From assembly GCA_002245135.1 (NCBI GenBank), contig NGBS01000894.1, positions 1 to 64,000 on the forward strand: a stretch of DNA of 64,000 bases, read 5' to 3'. Of this stretch, positions 1 to 15,500 are shown piece after piece (position 1 is the first letter of the stretch; every line of letters begins with the position of its first letter). The notes beneath the pieces were generated by a model. The model did no database searches, had not been told where the DNA came from, and was given only the letters and a program-made list of their open reading frames with translations. Source of the stretch: Proteromonas lacertae. Its lineage: Eukaryota. The position numbers were made by a program, and so were the translations under genes.

Positions 1-3000
1 TAAAAGGAGGAAAAGGAACAACTAGTGGTGGCTCAATATTTATAAATGGAGGTGAATCATCTGGAATAGGTGGTTCAATAAATATATTAAGTGGAGCAGG
101 CCAAACTACCAGTGGTGAAATCCAAATATTCAGTGAAAATAATACAGTGAGTGGTTCAATCTATATTGAAAGTGGAAGTGGAAGTTCAACGAGTGGATCA
201 TTATATCTTAAAAGTGGAAGTGGAAGTGATAATGGAGGTGAAATAACTATTGAAAGTGGTAGTAGTAAAAGTACAAGTGGTTCAATCTTAATCGAAAGTG
301 GTTCAAGTAGTAATACTGTAGGTGAAATAAGAATCCAAAGTGGAGATGGTAGTTCCAATGTTGGTTCAATATTATTGACTACTGGAAGTGGATTAAAAAG
401 TGGTTCAATCGAAATAGTTAGTGGAAGTGGTAAAACAACCTCAGGAAGTATTTTTATCTTGAATGAAGATGGAAATGAAATAGGTGGAAGTATATCAATA
501 CTGAGTGGAAATGGATCAAAAGTAAGTGGTTCAATATCGTTTGATAGTGGAAATGGTTCAATTGGTGGTTCAATCTTAATAAAGAGTGGATCTAGTAGCT
601 CAACCAGTGGGTCTTTAACAATCGAAAGTGGATCATCTGATTCTACAGTTGGATCAATCAATATTCACATAGATGGAAGTGAAACAAGTGGTGGAAGTAT
701 TTTTATCGAAAATGGAAGTGGTAAATCAGGTGGTAATACAAGAATAATAAGTGGAACAGGTGTAACAAGTGGTAGTATAACAATTCTAAGTGGTAATTCT
801 AATAAAGTTGGTTCAATCTTATTAGAAGGAGGTAGTGGTAATACAAGTGGTGGTTCAATCTTTTTGGTGAGTGGAAGTGGAAGTTTAGGAGGAAGTATAA
901 ATATAGAAAGTGGAAATGGTAAAAGTACCAGTGGATCAATCTATTTATTAAGTGATGATGGTTCAATAAATATGACAGGTGGTAAAAGTACATCAACAGG
1001 TGGTTCAATTTATATACTTAGTGGAAGTAGTAACATAGGTGGTTCAATCTCCTTAATAAGTGATATAAATGAAATAAAATCTGGAGATGCCACAACTGTC
1101 GGAATAATAGAAATATCAAGTGGATCTGGAGATGAAAGTGGTTCAATTTCTATGAGTAGTAGCACAATAAATATAAAGACAGCCAATAGTAGTAAAACAA
1201 GTGGTTCAATCTATTTCGAAAGTGGAGTAGGAGGAACAGTGGGTTCAATCTCAATAATTAGTTCCGATAATATATTAATGGAAAGTGGTTCAAGTGAGAT
1301 GAGTGGTTCAATCGAAATAAGTAGTGGAAGTGGTAAAACAACCTCAGGAAGTATTTTTATCTTGAATGAAGATGGAAATGAAATAGGTGGAAGTATATCA
1401 ATACTGAGTGGAAATGGATCAAAAGTAAGTGGTTCAATATCGTTTGATAGTGGAAATGGTTCAATTGGTGGTTCAATCTTAATAAAGAGTGGATCTAGTA
1501 GCTCAACCAGTGGGTCTTTAACAATCGAAAGTGGATCATCTGATTCTACAGTTGGATCAATCAATATTCACATAGATGGAAGTGAAACAAGTGGTGGAAG
1601 TATTTTTATCGAAAATGGAAGTGGTAAATCAGGTGGTAATACAAGAATAATAAGTGGAACAGGTGTAACAAGTGGTAGTATAACAATTCTAAGTGGTAAT
1701 TCTAATAAAGTTGGTTCAATCTTATTAGAAGGAGGTAGTGGTAATACAAGTGATGGTTCAATCTTTTTGGTGAGTGGAAGTGGAAGTTTAGGAGGAAGTA
1801 TAAATATAGAAAGTGGAAATGGTAAAAGTACCAGTGGATCAATCTATTTATTAAGTGATGATGGTTCAATAAATATGACAGGTGGTAAAAGTACATCAAC
1901 AGGTGGTTCAATTTATATACTTAGTGGAAGTAGTAACATAGGTGGTTCAATCAATATACTAAGTGGAAATGGTAAATCAACAAGTGGATCAATAAATATA
2001 GAAAGTGGTAATGCTGATGTAGTTGGTTCAATATTAATAAATAGTGGAAGTAGTGAAGCTAATGATAAAGCTGGTGGCAATATTTCAATAGAAAGTGGAA
2101 GTAGTAAAATTGGTGGATCAATCAATATAAAAAATGGAAATGGTAGTAACAGTGGAGGTTCAATATATGTGAAAAGTGGTAATGGATCCAATAGTAGTGG
2201 TTCAATATTATTAAAAGGAGGAAAAGGAACAACTAGTGGTGGCTCAATATTTATAAATGGAGGTGAATCATCTGGAATAGGTGGTTCAATAAATATATTA
2301 AGTGGAGCAGGCCAAACTACCAGTGGTGAAATCCAAATATTCAGTGAAAATAATACAGTGAGTGGTTCAATCTATATTGAAAGTGGAAGTGGAAGTTCAA
2401 CGAGTGGATCATTATATCTTAAAAGTGGAAGTGGAAGTGATAATGGAGGTGAAATAACTATTGAAAGTGGTAGTAGTAAAAGTACAAGTGGTTCAATCTT
2501 AATCGAAAGTGGTTCAAGTAGTAATACTGTAGGTGAAATAAGAATCCAAAGTGGAGATGGTAGTTCCAATGTTGGTTCAATATTATTGACTACTGGAAGT
2601 GGATTAAAAAGTGGTTCAATCGAAATAGTTAGTGGAAGTGGTAAAACAACCTCAGGAAGTATTTTTATCTTGAATGAAGATGGAAATGAAATAGGTGGAA
2701 GTATATCAATACTGAGTGGAAATGGATCAAAAGTAAGTGGTTCAATATCGTTTGATAGTGGAAATGGTTCAATTGGTGGTTCAATCTTAATAAAGAGTGG
2801 ATCTAGTAGCTCAACCAGTGGGTCTTTAACAATCGAAAGTGGATCATCTGATTCTACAGTTGGATCAATCAATATTCACATAGATGGAAGTGAAACAAGT
2901 GGTGGAAGTATTTTTATCGAAAATGGAAGTGGTAAATCAGGTGGTAATACAAGAATAATAAGTGGAACAGGTGTAACAAGTGGTAGTATAACAATTCTAA

Positions 3001-3567
3001 GTGGTAATTCTAATAAAGTTGGTTCAATCTTATTAGAAGGAGGTAGTGGTAATACAAGTGGTGGTTCAATCTTTTTGGTGAGTGGAAGTGGAAGTTTAGG
3101 AGGAAGTATAAATATAGAAAGTGGAAATGGTAAAAGTACCAGTGGATCAATCTATTTATTAAGTGATGATGGTTCAATAAATATGACAGGTGGTAAAAGT
3201 ACATCAACAGGTGGTTCAATTTATATACTTAGTGGAAGTAGGTAACATAGGTGGTTCAATCTCCTTAATAAGTGATATAAATGAAATAAAATCTGGAGAT
3301 GCCACAACTGTCGGAATAATAGAAATATCAAGTGGATCTGGAGATGAAAGTGGTTCAATTTCTATGAGTAGTAGCACAATAAATATAAAGACAGCCAATA
3401 GTAGTAAAACAAGTGGTTCAATCTATTTCGAAAGTGGAGTAGGAGGAACAGTGGGTTCAATCTCAATAATTAGTTCCGATAATATATTAATGGAAAGTGG
3501 TTCAAGTGAGATGAGTGGTTCAATCGAAATAAGTAGTGGAAGTGGTAAAACAACCTCAGGAAGTATT
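1..3567 (+). repeat. Module A: 1-1355 duplicated at 2212-3567 (offset 2211); internal segment ~400-1050 repeated at ~1303-1950 (offset 903)
   Basis: Near-identical DNA by direct comparison, e.g. taaaaggaggaaaaggaacaactagtggtggc at 1 and 2212. Confidence 0.9.
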
Positions 3568-6500
3568 AGTTTTAATAGTGAACCTAATGGATCAATATTA
3601 ATTAGTTCTGGTAGTTCAACAACTACAAGTGGATCTATATTTGTTACTATTGATGCTACTAATTCAGGAAGCATAGAAATTATTACTACAGGAGACACAA
3701 CTAGTGGTTTTATTAATATTGCTACTGGTTCTGGAAATACGGCTGGTAATATTCATATAATTAATGGAGATAATACTAATGGTGGATTAATATTATTTAA
3801 ATCAGGATCCTCTAAACTTTCAGCAGGTAGTATTGTAATTATGTCAGGTAGTGGTACAACAAGTGGTGATGTTGAATTTGTTACTTCCGAATCAGGTGTA
3901 AGTGGTTCAATTTCTTTATTAGTTGGTGGAAATGGTGGTGAAAATGGAGGGAAAATTGAAATGAATAGTAAAAATAAATTGACTATTGAAAGTGGTATTG
4001 GAACTGAAAAGAGTGGAAAAGTAATATTCACAACATCTGAAATAAGTAATGGATTTGTAGGAAGTATAAATATCAATTCAAAAGCAATTAATATGAATGG
4101 AGGTAATAATGCAGGAGAAAAGGGTGGAGATATAGAATTTATTGCAGGAAAATCATTATTATCTGGTGGTTATATATTAATCAACAATAAGAATAATACA
4201 ATCAACTTCAATACTGGAACTGGCACTTTATCTGGTTCGATTCATATATTAGGTGGAACAGCTAATATTGGTGGAAATATTAATCTAAGTACAGGTACAA
4301 TATCACTATCTACTGGAACAAGTAATAAAGCATCAGGTTTGGTAAGAATAGCTACAGGTAAAGCAAGTACAAGTGGAGATATAGAAATTTCAGCTAATAC
4401 AAATTTATTAATCCAATCAAGTGATGCTGTGACAAGTAGTGGATCAATAACAATTGAAACTGGTTCAGCAACAACAGGTGGAACAATATTAATAGAGACT
4501 GGAACAGGAAGTGAATCTGGATATATAAAAGTAGAAACAGGTAGTGGTAGTAAAAGTGGCATAATAAGTTTCAAGAGTGGTAGTGGTGGTAATGCTGGAT
4601 CAATATTGATTAATACTAATAATAAGAGCTATGTTGGTAGTATATTAATAAAAGGTGGAATTGGATCTGTGCTAATTACCAAGTGGATCAATATTTTTAA
4701 GAAGTGGAACAAGTAATGCTGAAGGTGGTTCAATAATGATATTAGGTGGATCAAATGGATTAATAAAATTAGAATCAAGTAATGGTTCAATCTTAATAGA
4801 AGGTGGTTCATCTAGTAATGAAATAGGTGGTTCAATAATAATTGAAGGAGTAGATAAAACTGATATTTTAAGTAAAGATAGTAGTAGAAAGTAGTGGAAT
4901 AATAAATATAAAAAGTGGAAGTGGTAAATCAACAAGTGGTTCAATCAACATAAAATTCTCCACTGTTAATATAAAAAGTGGAAGTGGATCAGTTGGAGGT
5001 AAAATAACTATCGAAAGTGGAAGTGGAAGTATCAGTAGTGGATCTGTGTTGATGTCTAGTGGAAGTATTGAAATAATTGGAGGCGTTGGTAAGACAAATG
5101 GTGGTTCAATCGAAATAAGTAATGGAAATGGAGATAGTAAAAGTGGTTCAATATTAATAAAGACTGGAAGTTCATCCACAACAAGTGGATCAATTGAATT
5201 GTCAATTCCAGGAGAATCAATAGGTGAATCTGGTTCAATATTATTAAGAAGTAATAAAATCAAAATGAACAGTGGAAATAATAGTGATGGAAATGAAGGT
5301 GGAATAATAAAACTATCAACTGTTAGTGGATCTGGTTCAATCGAAATAATAGGAAATAATCTGATAGAATTGAAAAGTGGTAAAAGTAGTACAAGTGGTT
5401 CAATAGTATTTGAAAGTGGAAGTGGTTTAGAAAGTGGTTCAATCAATTTAATAAGTTTGAATGATATAAAAATCAAAGTAGGAAGTAGTGATAATGGTAC
5501 AGGTGGTTCAATATTGATAGAAAATGGTAAAGGTGAATCAAGCGATAGTAAAATCTTATTAAGTAGTAGTACAATCAATTTAATAAGTGGAAGTGGTAAA
5601 GAAAGTGGTTCAATCTTAATAAGTAGTTTAGGTGGTGGTAATGTAAATACAGTTGGTAGTATTTTATTAAGTAGTGGTTCAATGAGTTTATTAAGTGGAA
5701 GTGGAGTTGAAGGTGGTTCAATAATGTTGATTGGTGATAATGAAAATGGTTTAATAAGAATGAAAGGAAATGATGGAAGTATTAATTTTATTGTAGGAAG
5801 TTCAACAAGTACTGCTGGCTCTATTGTTATAAATGCTGAAGACTATACGAATATCGCTACTCGTGGTGAATCAACTAGCGGAAGTATACTAATTAGTAGT
5901 AAAGATAATAATGCTTTAACTTCTGGTGAGATAAATATAAAATCTAGTGATAAATTGAGTATAGTTAGTGGATTTGGTAATACTTCTGGATCAATATTTA
6001 TAAGTACAAATGAAAATAACACAGTTGGGTCAATTTTACTTCAATCTGGTTCTATATCTATAAAAAGTGGATCAGGAAAAACAGGTGGAAATGTTTTACT
6101 CTCCTCAACAGAAGAAAATATAGAAATTATAACTGGTAGTGCTACTGAATCTGGAATTATTAGAATTAGCACATCTTCTACAAGTGATGCACATGAAACT
6201 GGTTCAATTCTTCTTATTGCTAATACATTGAATATAAAATCAGGAAGTGGCCCAATAGGAGGATCAATTAATATAGCAATTGGATCTGGAAATAATCAAG
6301 GATCGGTGAATTTTGAAACTAAAAATGGTTATAAAAATGATATATCATTAAATATTCTGCCTGATAAAACTACAGGTGGGTCAATATATGTACAAACAAC
6401 TAGTAGTGATGTTAATATTAAAAGTGGATCAGGTGATAAAACAGGGGATGTGATATTTAAAGTAAGTGATGCCACTAATAAATCAGGAAGTATATCATTT

Positions 6501-9500
6501 GTTGTTGATTACTTAAATTTGACTGCTGGTAGTGGTCCAGAAGCAGGATCAATAATGATATTAGGTGGATCAAATGGATTAATAAAATTAGAATCAAGTG
6601 ATGGTTCAATCTTAATAGAAGGTGGTTCATCTAGTAATGAAATAGGTGGTTCAATAATAATTGAAGGAGTAGATAAAACTGATATTTTAAGTAAAGATAG
6701 TAGTGAAAGTAGTGGATTAATAAATATAAAAAGTGGAAGTGGTAAATCAACAAGTGGTTCAATCAACATAAAATTCTCCACTGTTAATATAAAAAGTGGA
6801 AGTGGATCAGTTGGAGGTAAAATAACTATCGAAAGTGGAAGTGGAAGTAGTAGTGGATCTGTGTTGATGTCTAGTGGAAGTATTGAAATAATTGGAGGCG
6901 TTGGTAAGACAAATGGTGGTTCAATCGAAATAAGTAATGGAAATGGAGATAGTAAAAGTGGTTCAATATTAATAAAGACTAGAAGTTCATCCACAACAAG
7001 TGGATCAATTGAATTGTCAATTCCAGGAGAATCAATAGGTGAATCTGGTTCAATATTATTAAGAAGTAATAAAATCAAAATGAACAGTGGAAATAATAGT
7101 GATGGAAATGAAGGTGGAATAATAAAACTATCAACTGTTAGTGGATCTGGTTCAATCGAAATAATAGGAAATAATCTGATAGAATTGAAAAGTGGTAAAA
7201 GTAGTACAAGTGGTTCAATAGTATTTGAAAGTGGAAGTGGTTTAGAAAGTGGTTCAATCAATTTAATAAGTTTGAATGATATAAAAATCAAAGTAGGAAG
7301 TAGTGATAATGGTACAGGTGGTTCAATATTGATAGAAAATGGTAAAGGTGAATCAAGCGATAGTAAAATCTTATTAAGTAGTAGTACAATCAATTTAATA
7401 AGTGGAAGTGGTAAAGAAAGTGGTTCAATCTTAATAAGTAGTTTAGGTGGTGGTAATGTAAATACAGTTGGTAGTATTTTATTAAGTAGTGGTTCAATGA
7501 GTTTATTAAGTGGAAGTGGAGTTGAAGGTGGTTCAATAATGTTGATTGGTGATAATGAAGATGGTTTAATAAGAATGAAAGGAAATGATGGAAGTATAAC
7601 AATAAATGGAAGGTCATTGAATATAAATTCCGAGAATGAAAGTAAATTTTCAAGTAAAGGTGTTAGTACAAGTGGTTCAATACTAATCGAAAGTTCAAAT
7701 ACTGAATCAATAACAGTAAGAATGAATAGTGAAGAAGAACTATTAATAGAAAGTGGATCAAGTAGTGGAAGTAATGGTGGATTAATTGAAATATCTAGTA
7801 AGAATGATAATATCGAAATCTCAAGTGGAAATGGAAGTACAATTGGCTCAATCTCCATAACTGGAGGTAATGGTTTAAGTGAAGGTGGTTTAATCTCATT
7901 AAAAAGTAATAAAATAATCAATATATCCAGTGGAAGTGGAGGAAATAAAGGTGGATTATTAAAGCTAGAAAGTGGAAGTGGTGAAACATTAAGTGGTGAA
8001 ATATTAATTAATGGAAATAGTAAAAGTGGTTCAATCTTAATAATAAGTGGAAATAGTTCTAAGACAGGTGGTTCAATATTGATGGAAAGTGGTGGTATAA
8101 ATGAATCTGGTTCGATATTATTAACAAGTGATAAAGAAATAAAAATGAATAGTAAATCCAATACGATAAGTGGTCATATACGATTAATAAGTGGTGATAG
8201 TAAAAATGCAGGTTCAATTCAATTATATTCTGATTCAATGACTATAAAATCCCAAAATGAAATATCAATGTCAGGTGGTTCAAGTGTAACTGAAGGTGGT
8301 ATAATAAAATTATCCAGTAAATCAAGTAGTATAATAAGTGGTTCAACGATAAAAATCTCTAGTGGATCCAGTGTAACAACAATAGGTGAAATTTTGTTAA
8401 GTAGTGGAACAATATCTGTAAGTGGTGATGATGAAATAACGTTAAAAAGTGGAAATGGAGGTAAAATCAGTATAACTGATAAATCTGGTAGTATATTAAT
8501 AAAAGGTGGAATTGGATCTGGTGCTAATTCAACAAGTGGATCAATATTTTTAAGAAGTGGAACAAGTAATGCTGAAGGTGGTTCAATAATGATATTAAGT
8601 GGATCAAATGGATTAGTAAAATTAGAATCAAGTAATGGTTCAATCTTAATAGAAGGTGGTTCATCTAGTAATGAAATAGGTGGTTCAATAATAATTGAAG
8701 GAGTAGATAAAACTGATATTTTAAGTAAAGATAGTAGTGAAAGTAGTGGATTAATAAATATAAAAAGTGGAAGTGGTAAATCAACAAGTGGTTCAATCAA
8801 CATAAAATTCTCCACTGTTAATATAAAAAGTGGAAGTGGATCAGTTGGAGGTAAAATAACTATCGAAAGTGGAAGTGGAAGTTAGTAGTGGATCTGTGTT
8901 GATGTCTAGTGGAAGTATTGAAATAATTGGAGGCGTTGGTAAGACAAATGGTGGTTCAATCGAAATAAGTAATGGAAATGGAGATAGTAAAAGTGGTTCA
9001 ATATTAATAAAGACTAGAAGTTCATCCACAACAAGTGGATCAATTGAATTGTCAATTCCAGGAGAATCAATAGGTGAATCTGGTTCAATATTATTAAGAA
9101 GTAATAAAATCAAAATGAACAGTGGAAATAATAGTGATGGAAATGAAGGTGGAATAATAAAACTATCAACTGTTAGTGGATCTGGTTCAATCGAAATAAT
9201 AGGAAATAATCTGATAGAATTGAAAAGTGGTAAAAGTAGTACAAGTGGTTCAATAGTATTTGAAAGTGGAAGTGGTTTAGAAAGTGGTTCAATCAATTTA
9301 ATAAGTTTGAATGATATAAAAATCAAAGTAGGAAGTAGTGATAATGGTACAGGTGGTTCAATATTGATAGAAAATGGTAAAGGTGAATCAAGCGATAGTA
9401 AAATCTTATTAAGTAGTAGTACAATCAATTTAATAAGTGGAAGTGGTAAAGAAAGTGGTTCAATCTTAATAAGTAGTTTAGGTGGTGGTAATGTAAATAC

Positions 9501-12500
9501 AGTTGGTAGTATTTTATTAAGTAGTGGTTCAATGAGTTTATTAAGTGGAAGTGGAGTTGAAGGTGGTTCAATAATGTTGATTGGTGATAATGAAAATGGT
9601 TTAATAAGAATGAAAGGAAATGATGGAAGTATAACAATAAATGGAAGGTCATTGAATATAAATTCCGAGAATGAAAGTAAATTTTCAAGTAAAGGTGTTA
9701 GTACAAGTGGTTCAATACTAATCGAAAGTTCAAATACTGAATCAATAACAGTAAGAATGAATAGTGAAGAAGAACTATTAATAGAAAGTGGATCAAGTAG
9801 TGGAAGTAATGGTGGATTAATTGAAATATCTAGTAAGAATGATAATATCGAAATCTCAAGTGGAAATGGAAGTACAATTGGCTCAATCTCCATAACTGGA
9901 GGTAATGGTTTAAGTGAAGGTGGTTTAATCTCATTAAAAAGTAATAAAATAATCAATATATCCAGTGGAAGTGGAGGAAATAAAGGTGGATTATTAAAGC
10001 TAGAAAGTGGAAGTGGTGAAACATTAAGTGGTGAAATATTAATTAATGGAAATAGTAAAAGTGGTTCAATCTTAATAATAAGTGGAAATAGTTCTAAGAC
10101 AGGTGGTTCAATATTGATGGAAAGTGGTGGTATAAATGAATCTGGTTCGATATTATTAACAAGTGATAAAGAAATAAAAATGAATAGTAAATCCAATACG
10201 ATAAGTGGTCATATACGATTAATAAGTGGTGATAGTAAAAATGCAGGTTCAATTCAATTATATTCTGATTCAATGACTATAAAATCCCAAAATGAAATAT
10301 CAATGTCAGGTGGTTCAAGTGTAACTGAAGGTGGTATAATAAAATTATCCAGTAAATCAAGTAGTATAATAAGTGGTTCAACGATAAAAATCTCTAGTGG
10401 ATCCAGTGTAACAACAATAGGTGAAATTTTGTTAAGTAGTGGAACAATATCTGTAAGTGGTGATGATGAAATAACGTTAAAAAGTGGAAATGGAGGTAAA
10501 ATCAGTATAACTGATAAATCTGGTAGTATATTAATAAAAGGTGGAATTGGATCTGGTGCTAATTCAACAAGTGGATCAATATTTTTAAGAAGTGGAACAA
10601 GTAATGCTGAAGGTGGTTCAATAATGATATTAAGGTGGATCAAATGGATTAATAAAATTAGAATCAAGTAATGGTTCAATCTTAATAGAAGGTGGTTCAT
10701 CTAGTAATGAAATAGGTGGTTCAATAATAATTGAAGGAGTAGATAAAACTGATATTTTAAGTAAAGATAGTAGTAAAAGTAGTGGATTAATAAATATAAA
10801 AAGTGGAAGTGGTAAATCAACAAGTGGTTCAATCAACATAAAATTCTCCACTGTTAATATAAAAAGTGGAAGTGGATCAGTTGGAGGTAAAATAACTATC
10901 GAAAGTGGAAGTGGAAGTAGTAGTGGATCTGTGTTGATGTCTAGTGGAAGTATTGAAATAATTGGAGGCGTTGGTAAGACAAATGGTGGTTCAATCGAAA
11001 TAAGTAATGGAAATGGAGATAGTAAAAGTGGTTCAATATTAATAAAGACTAGAAGTTCATCCACAACAAGTGGATCAATTGAATTGTCAATTCCAGGAGA
11101 ATCAATAGGTGAATCTGGTTCAATATTATTAAGAAGTAATAAAATCAAAATGAACAGTGGAAATAATAGTGATGGAAATGAAGGTGGAATAATAAAACTA
11201 TCAACTGTTAGTGGATCTGGTTCAATCGAAATAATAGGAAATAGTAAAGTGAAATTCAGTACTGGTAATGCATTAAAATCTGGATCTATATATATTGATG
11301 CTAATACTCTAAATATTGTTAGTAATAATTTGAATATTAATACTGGAAGTGCTGAATATAGTGGTTCTATTAATATACTACATAAAGATATTAATATATA
11401 CACAGGAAGTGCAGTTACACAAACTGGTTCAATTACTATTATGAGTGGTAATGGTGAAGCGACAACCGGTGGTGATATATATATGAATAGTAGTACTGTT
11501 TCAATTACTAATGGTAATATTAAAATTTTGACTAATGATGGTAGTGATAAAAGTGGATATATTGAAATTGATAGTAAAAATGAATTAAATATCAAAACTT
11601 CCACAATATCATTATTATCAGGAATTGGATCAACTACCAGTGGATCAATATTTTTAAGAAGTGGAACAAGTAATGCTGATGGTGGTTCAATAATGATATT
11701 AGGTGGATCAAATGGATTAGTAAAATTAGAATCAAGTGATGGTTCAATCTTAATAGAAGGTGGTTCATCTAGTAATGAAATAGGTGGTTCAATAATAATT
11801 GAAGGAGTAGATAAAACTGATATTTTAAGTAAAGATAGTAGTAAAAGTAGTGGAATAATAAATATAAAAAGTGGAAGTGGTAAATCAACAAGTGGTTCAA
11901 TCGACATAAAATTCTCCACTGTTAATATAAAAAGTGGAAGTGGATCAGTTGGAGGTAAAATAACTATCGAAAGTGGAAGTGGAAGTATCAGTAGTGGATC
12001 TGTGTTGATGTCTAGTGGAAGTATTGAAATAACTGGAGGCGTTGGTAAGACAAATGGTGGTTCAATCGAAATAAGTAATGGAAATGGAGATAGTAAAAGT
12101 GGTTCAATATTAATAAAGACTGGAAGTTCATCCACAACAAGTGGATCAATTGAATTGTCAATTCCAGGAGAATCAATAGGTGAATCTGGTTCAATATTAT
12201 TAAGAAGTAATAAAATCAAAATGAACAGTGGAAATAATAGTGATGGAAATGAAGGTGGAATAATAAAACTATCAACTGTTAGTGGATCTGGTTCAATCGA
12301 AATAATAGGAAATAATCTGATAGAATTGAAAAGTGGTAAAAGTAGTACAAGTGGTTCAATAGTATTTGAAAGTGGAAGTGGTTTAGAAAGTGGTTCAATC
12401 AATTTAATAAGTTTGAATGATATAAAAATCAAAGTAGGAAGTAGTGATAATGGTACAGGTGGTTCAATATTGATAGAAAATGGTAAAGGTGAATCAAGCG

Positions 12501-15500
12501 ATAGTAAAATCTTATTAAGTAGTAGTACAATCAATTTAATAAGTGGAAGTGGTAAAGAAAGTGGTTCAATCTTAATAAGTAGTTTAGGTGGTGGTAATGT
12601 AAATACAGTTGGTAGTATTTTATTAAGTAGTGGTTCAATGAGTTTATTAAGTGGAAGTGGAGTTGAAGGTGGTTCAATAATGTTGATTGGTGATAATGAA
12701 AATGGTTTAATAAGAATGAAAGGAAATGATGGAAGTATAACAATAAATGGAAGGTCATTGAATATAAATTCCGAGAATGAAAGTAAATTTTCAAGTAAAG
12801 GTGTTAGTACAAGTGGTTCAATACTAATCGAAAGTTCTTCTAATGCCAATGAAATTATAGTTTCTTCAAAAACATTTTTTGAAGTTCAGTCTGGTAAAGG
12901 TAATAATAATTCTGGAAAAATTGAATTTAAAACTGGTAATAGTATTGGATCTGATGCTAGTGGAAGTATTATTTTATCAAGTGGTAGTATATCTATTAAT
13001 GGAGGAAAATCAACTGTTAAAGGTAGTAATGTTATTTTCAAAACATCAAAAGGAATTATTAGTATAAACTCTAAAAGTGGTGATGAATCAGGTGATATTA
13101 AAATGAATATAGGTAAATCTGATACATCTGGATCAATAACTCTCCTTGGTAGTAATGTTAATATAAAAACTGGTAATGGCAAAACAGATGGAGGAAGTAT
13201 TGTTATATCATCTGCTAATGGAGATGTTGATATGAATGCTACTAATGAATTGAATGTTATTACTGGTGATGGAAATAATACATCTGGAAGTATTAGTATT
13301 GAAACTACTAAAGGAAATATATTAATTAACACTTCAAATGGAGATATAAAACTAAATACTGGTTCTGGAACTACATATGGTAATATACATGTAGTAGCTG
13401 GAATTGGATCAACAACAAGTGGATCTGTTTTTATTAAATCTACATCAACTACTACTGATGAAGGTGGTTCAATAATGATATTAGGTGGATCAAATGGATT
13501 AGTAAAATTAGAATCAAGTAATGGTTCAATCTTAATAGAAGGTGGTTCATCTAGTAATGAAATAGGTGGTTCAATAATAATTGAAGGAGTAGATAAAACT
13601 GATATTTTAAGTAAAGATAGTAGTGAAAGTAGTGGATTAATAAATATAAAAAGTGGAAGTGGTAAATCAACAAGTGGTTCAATCAACATAAAATTCTCCA
13701 CTGTTAATATAAAAAGTGGAAGTGGATCAGTTGGAGGTAAAATAACTATCGAAAGTGGAAGTGGAAGTAGTAGTGGATCTGTGTTGATGTCTAGTGGAAG
13801 TATTGAAATAATTGGAGGCGTTGGTAAGACAAATGGTGGTTCAATCGAAATAAGTAATGGAAATGGAGATAGTAAAAGTGGTTCAATATTAATAAAGACT
13901 AGAAGTTCATCCACAACAAGTGGATCAATTGAATTGTCAATTCCAGGAGAATCAATAGGTGAATCTGGTTCAATATTATTAAGAAGTAATAAAATCAAAA
14001 TGAACAGTGGAAATAATAGTGATGGAAATGAAGGTGGAATAATAAAACTATCAACTGTTAGTGGATCTGGTTCAATCGAAATAATAGGAAATAATCTGAT
14101 AGAATTGAAAAGTGGTAAAAGTAGTACAAGTGGTTCAATAGTATTTGAAAGTGGAAGTGGTTTAGAAAGTGGTTCAATCAATTTAATAAGTTTGAATGAT
14201 ATAAAAATCAAAGTAGGAAGTAGTGATAATGGTACAGGTGGTTCAATATTGATAGAAAATGGTAAAGGTGAATCAAGCGATAGTAAAATCTTATTAAGTA
14301 GTAGTACAATCAATTTAATAAGTGGAAGTGGTAAAGAAAGTGGTTCAATCTTAATAAGTAGTTTAGGTGGTGGTAATGTAAATACAGTTGGTAGTATTTT
14401 ATTAAGTAGTGGTTCAATGAGTTTATTAAGTGGAAGTGGAGTTGAAGGTGGTTCAATAATGTTGATTGGTGATAATGAAAATGGTTTAATAAGAATGAAA
14501 GGAAATGATGGAAGTATAACAATAAATGGAAGGTCATTGAATATAAATTCCGAGAATGAAAGTAAATTTTCAAGTAAAGGTGTTAGTACAAGTGGTTCAA
14601 TACTAATCGAAAGTTCAAATACTGAATCAATAACAGTAAGAATGAATAGTGAAGAAGAACTATTAATAGAAAGTGGATCAAGTAGTGGAAGTAATGGTGG
14701 ATTAATTGAAATATCTAGTAAGAATGATAATATCGAAATCTCAAGTGGAAATGGAAGTACAATTGGCTCAATCTCCATAACTGGAGGTAATGGTTTAAGT
14801 GAAGGTGGTTTAATCTCATTAAAAAGTAATAAAATAATCAATATATCCAGTGGAAGTGGAGGAAATAAAGGTGGATTATTAAAGCTAGAAAGTGGAAGTG
14901 GTGTAAACATTAAGTGGTGAAATATTAATTAATGGAAATAGTAAAAGTGGTTCAATCTTAATAATAAGTGGAAATAGTTCTAAGACAGGTGGTTCAATAT
15001 TGATGGAAAGTGGTGGTATAAATGAATCTGGTTCGATATTATTAACAAGTGATAAAGAAATAAAAATGAATAGTAAATCCAATACGATAAGTGGTCATAT
15101 ACGATTAATAAGTGGTGATAGTAAAAATGCAGGTTCAATTCAATTATATTCTGATTCAATGACTATAAAATCCCAAAATGAAATATCAATGTCAGGTGGT
15201 TCAAGTGTAACTGAAGGTGGTATAATAAAATTATCCAGTAAATCAAGTAGTATAATAAGTGGTTCAACGATAAAAATCTCTAGTGGATCCAGTGTAACAA
15301 CAATAGGTGAAATTTTGTTAAGTAGTGGAACAATATCTGTAAGTGGTGATGATGAAATAACGTTAAAAAGTGGAAATGGAGGTAAAATCAGTATAACTGA
15401 TAAATCTGGTAGTATATTAATAAAAGGTGGAATTGGATCTGGTGCTAATTCAACAAGTGGATCAATATTTTTAAGAAGTGGAACAAGTAATGCTGAAGGT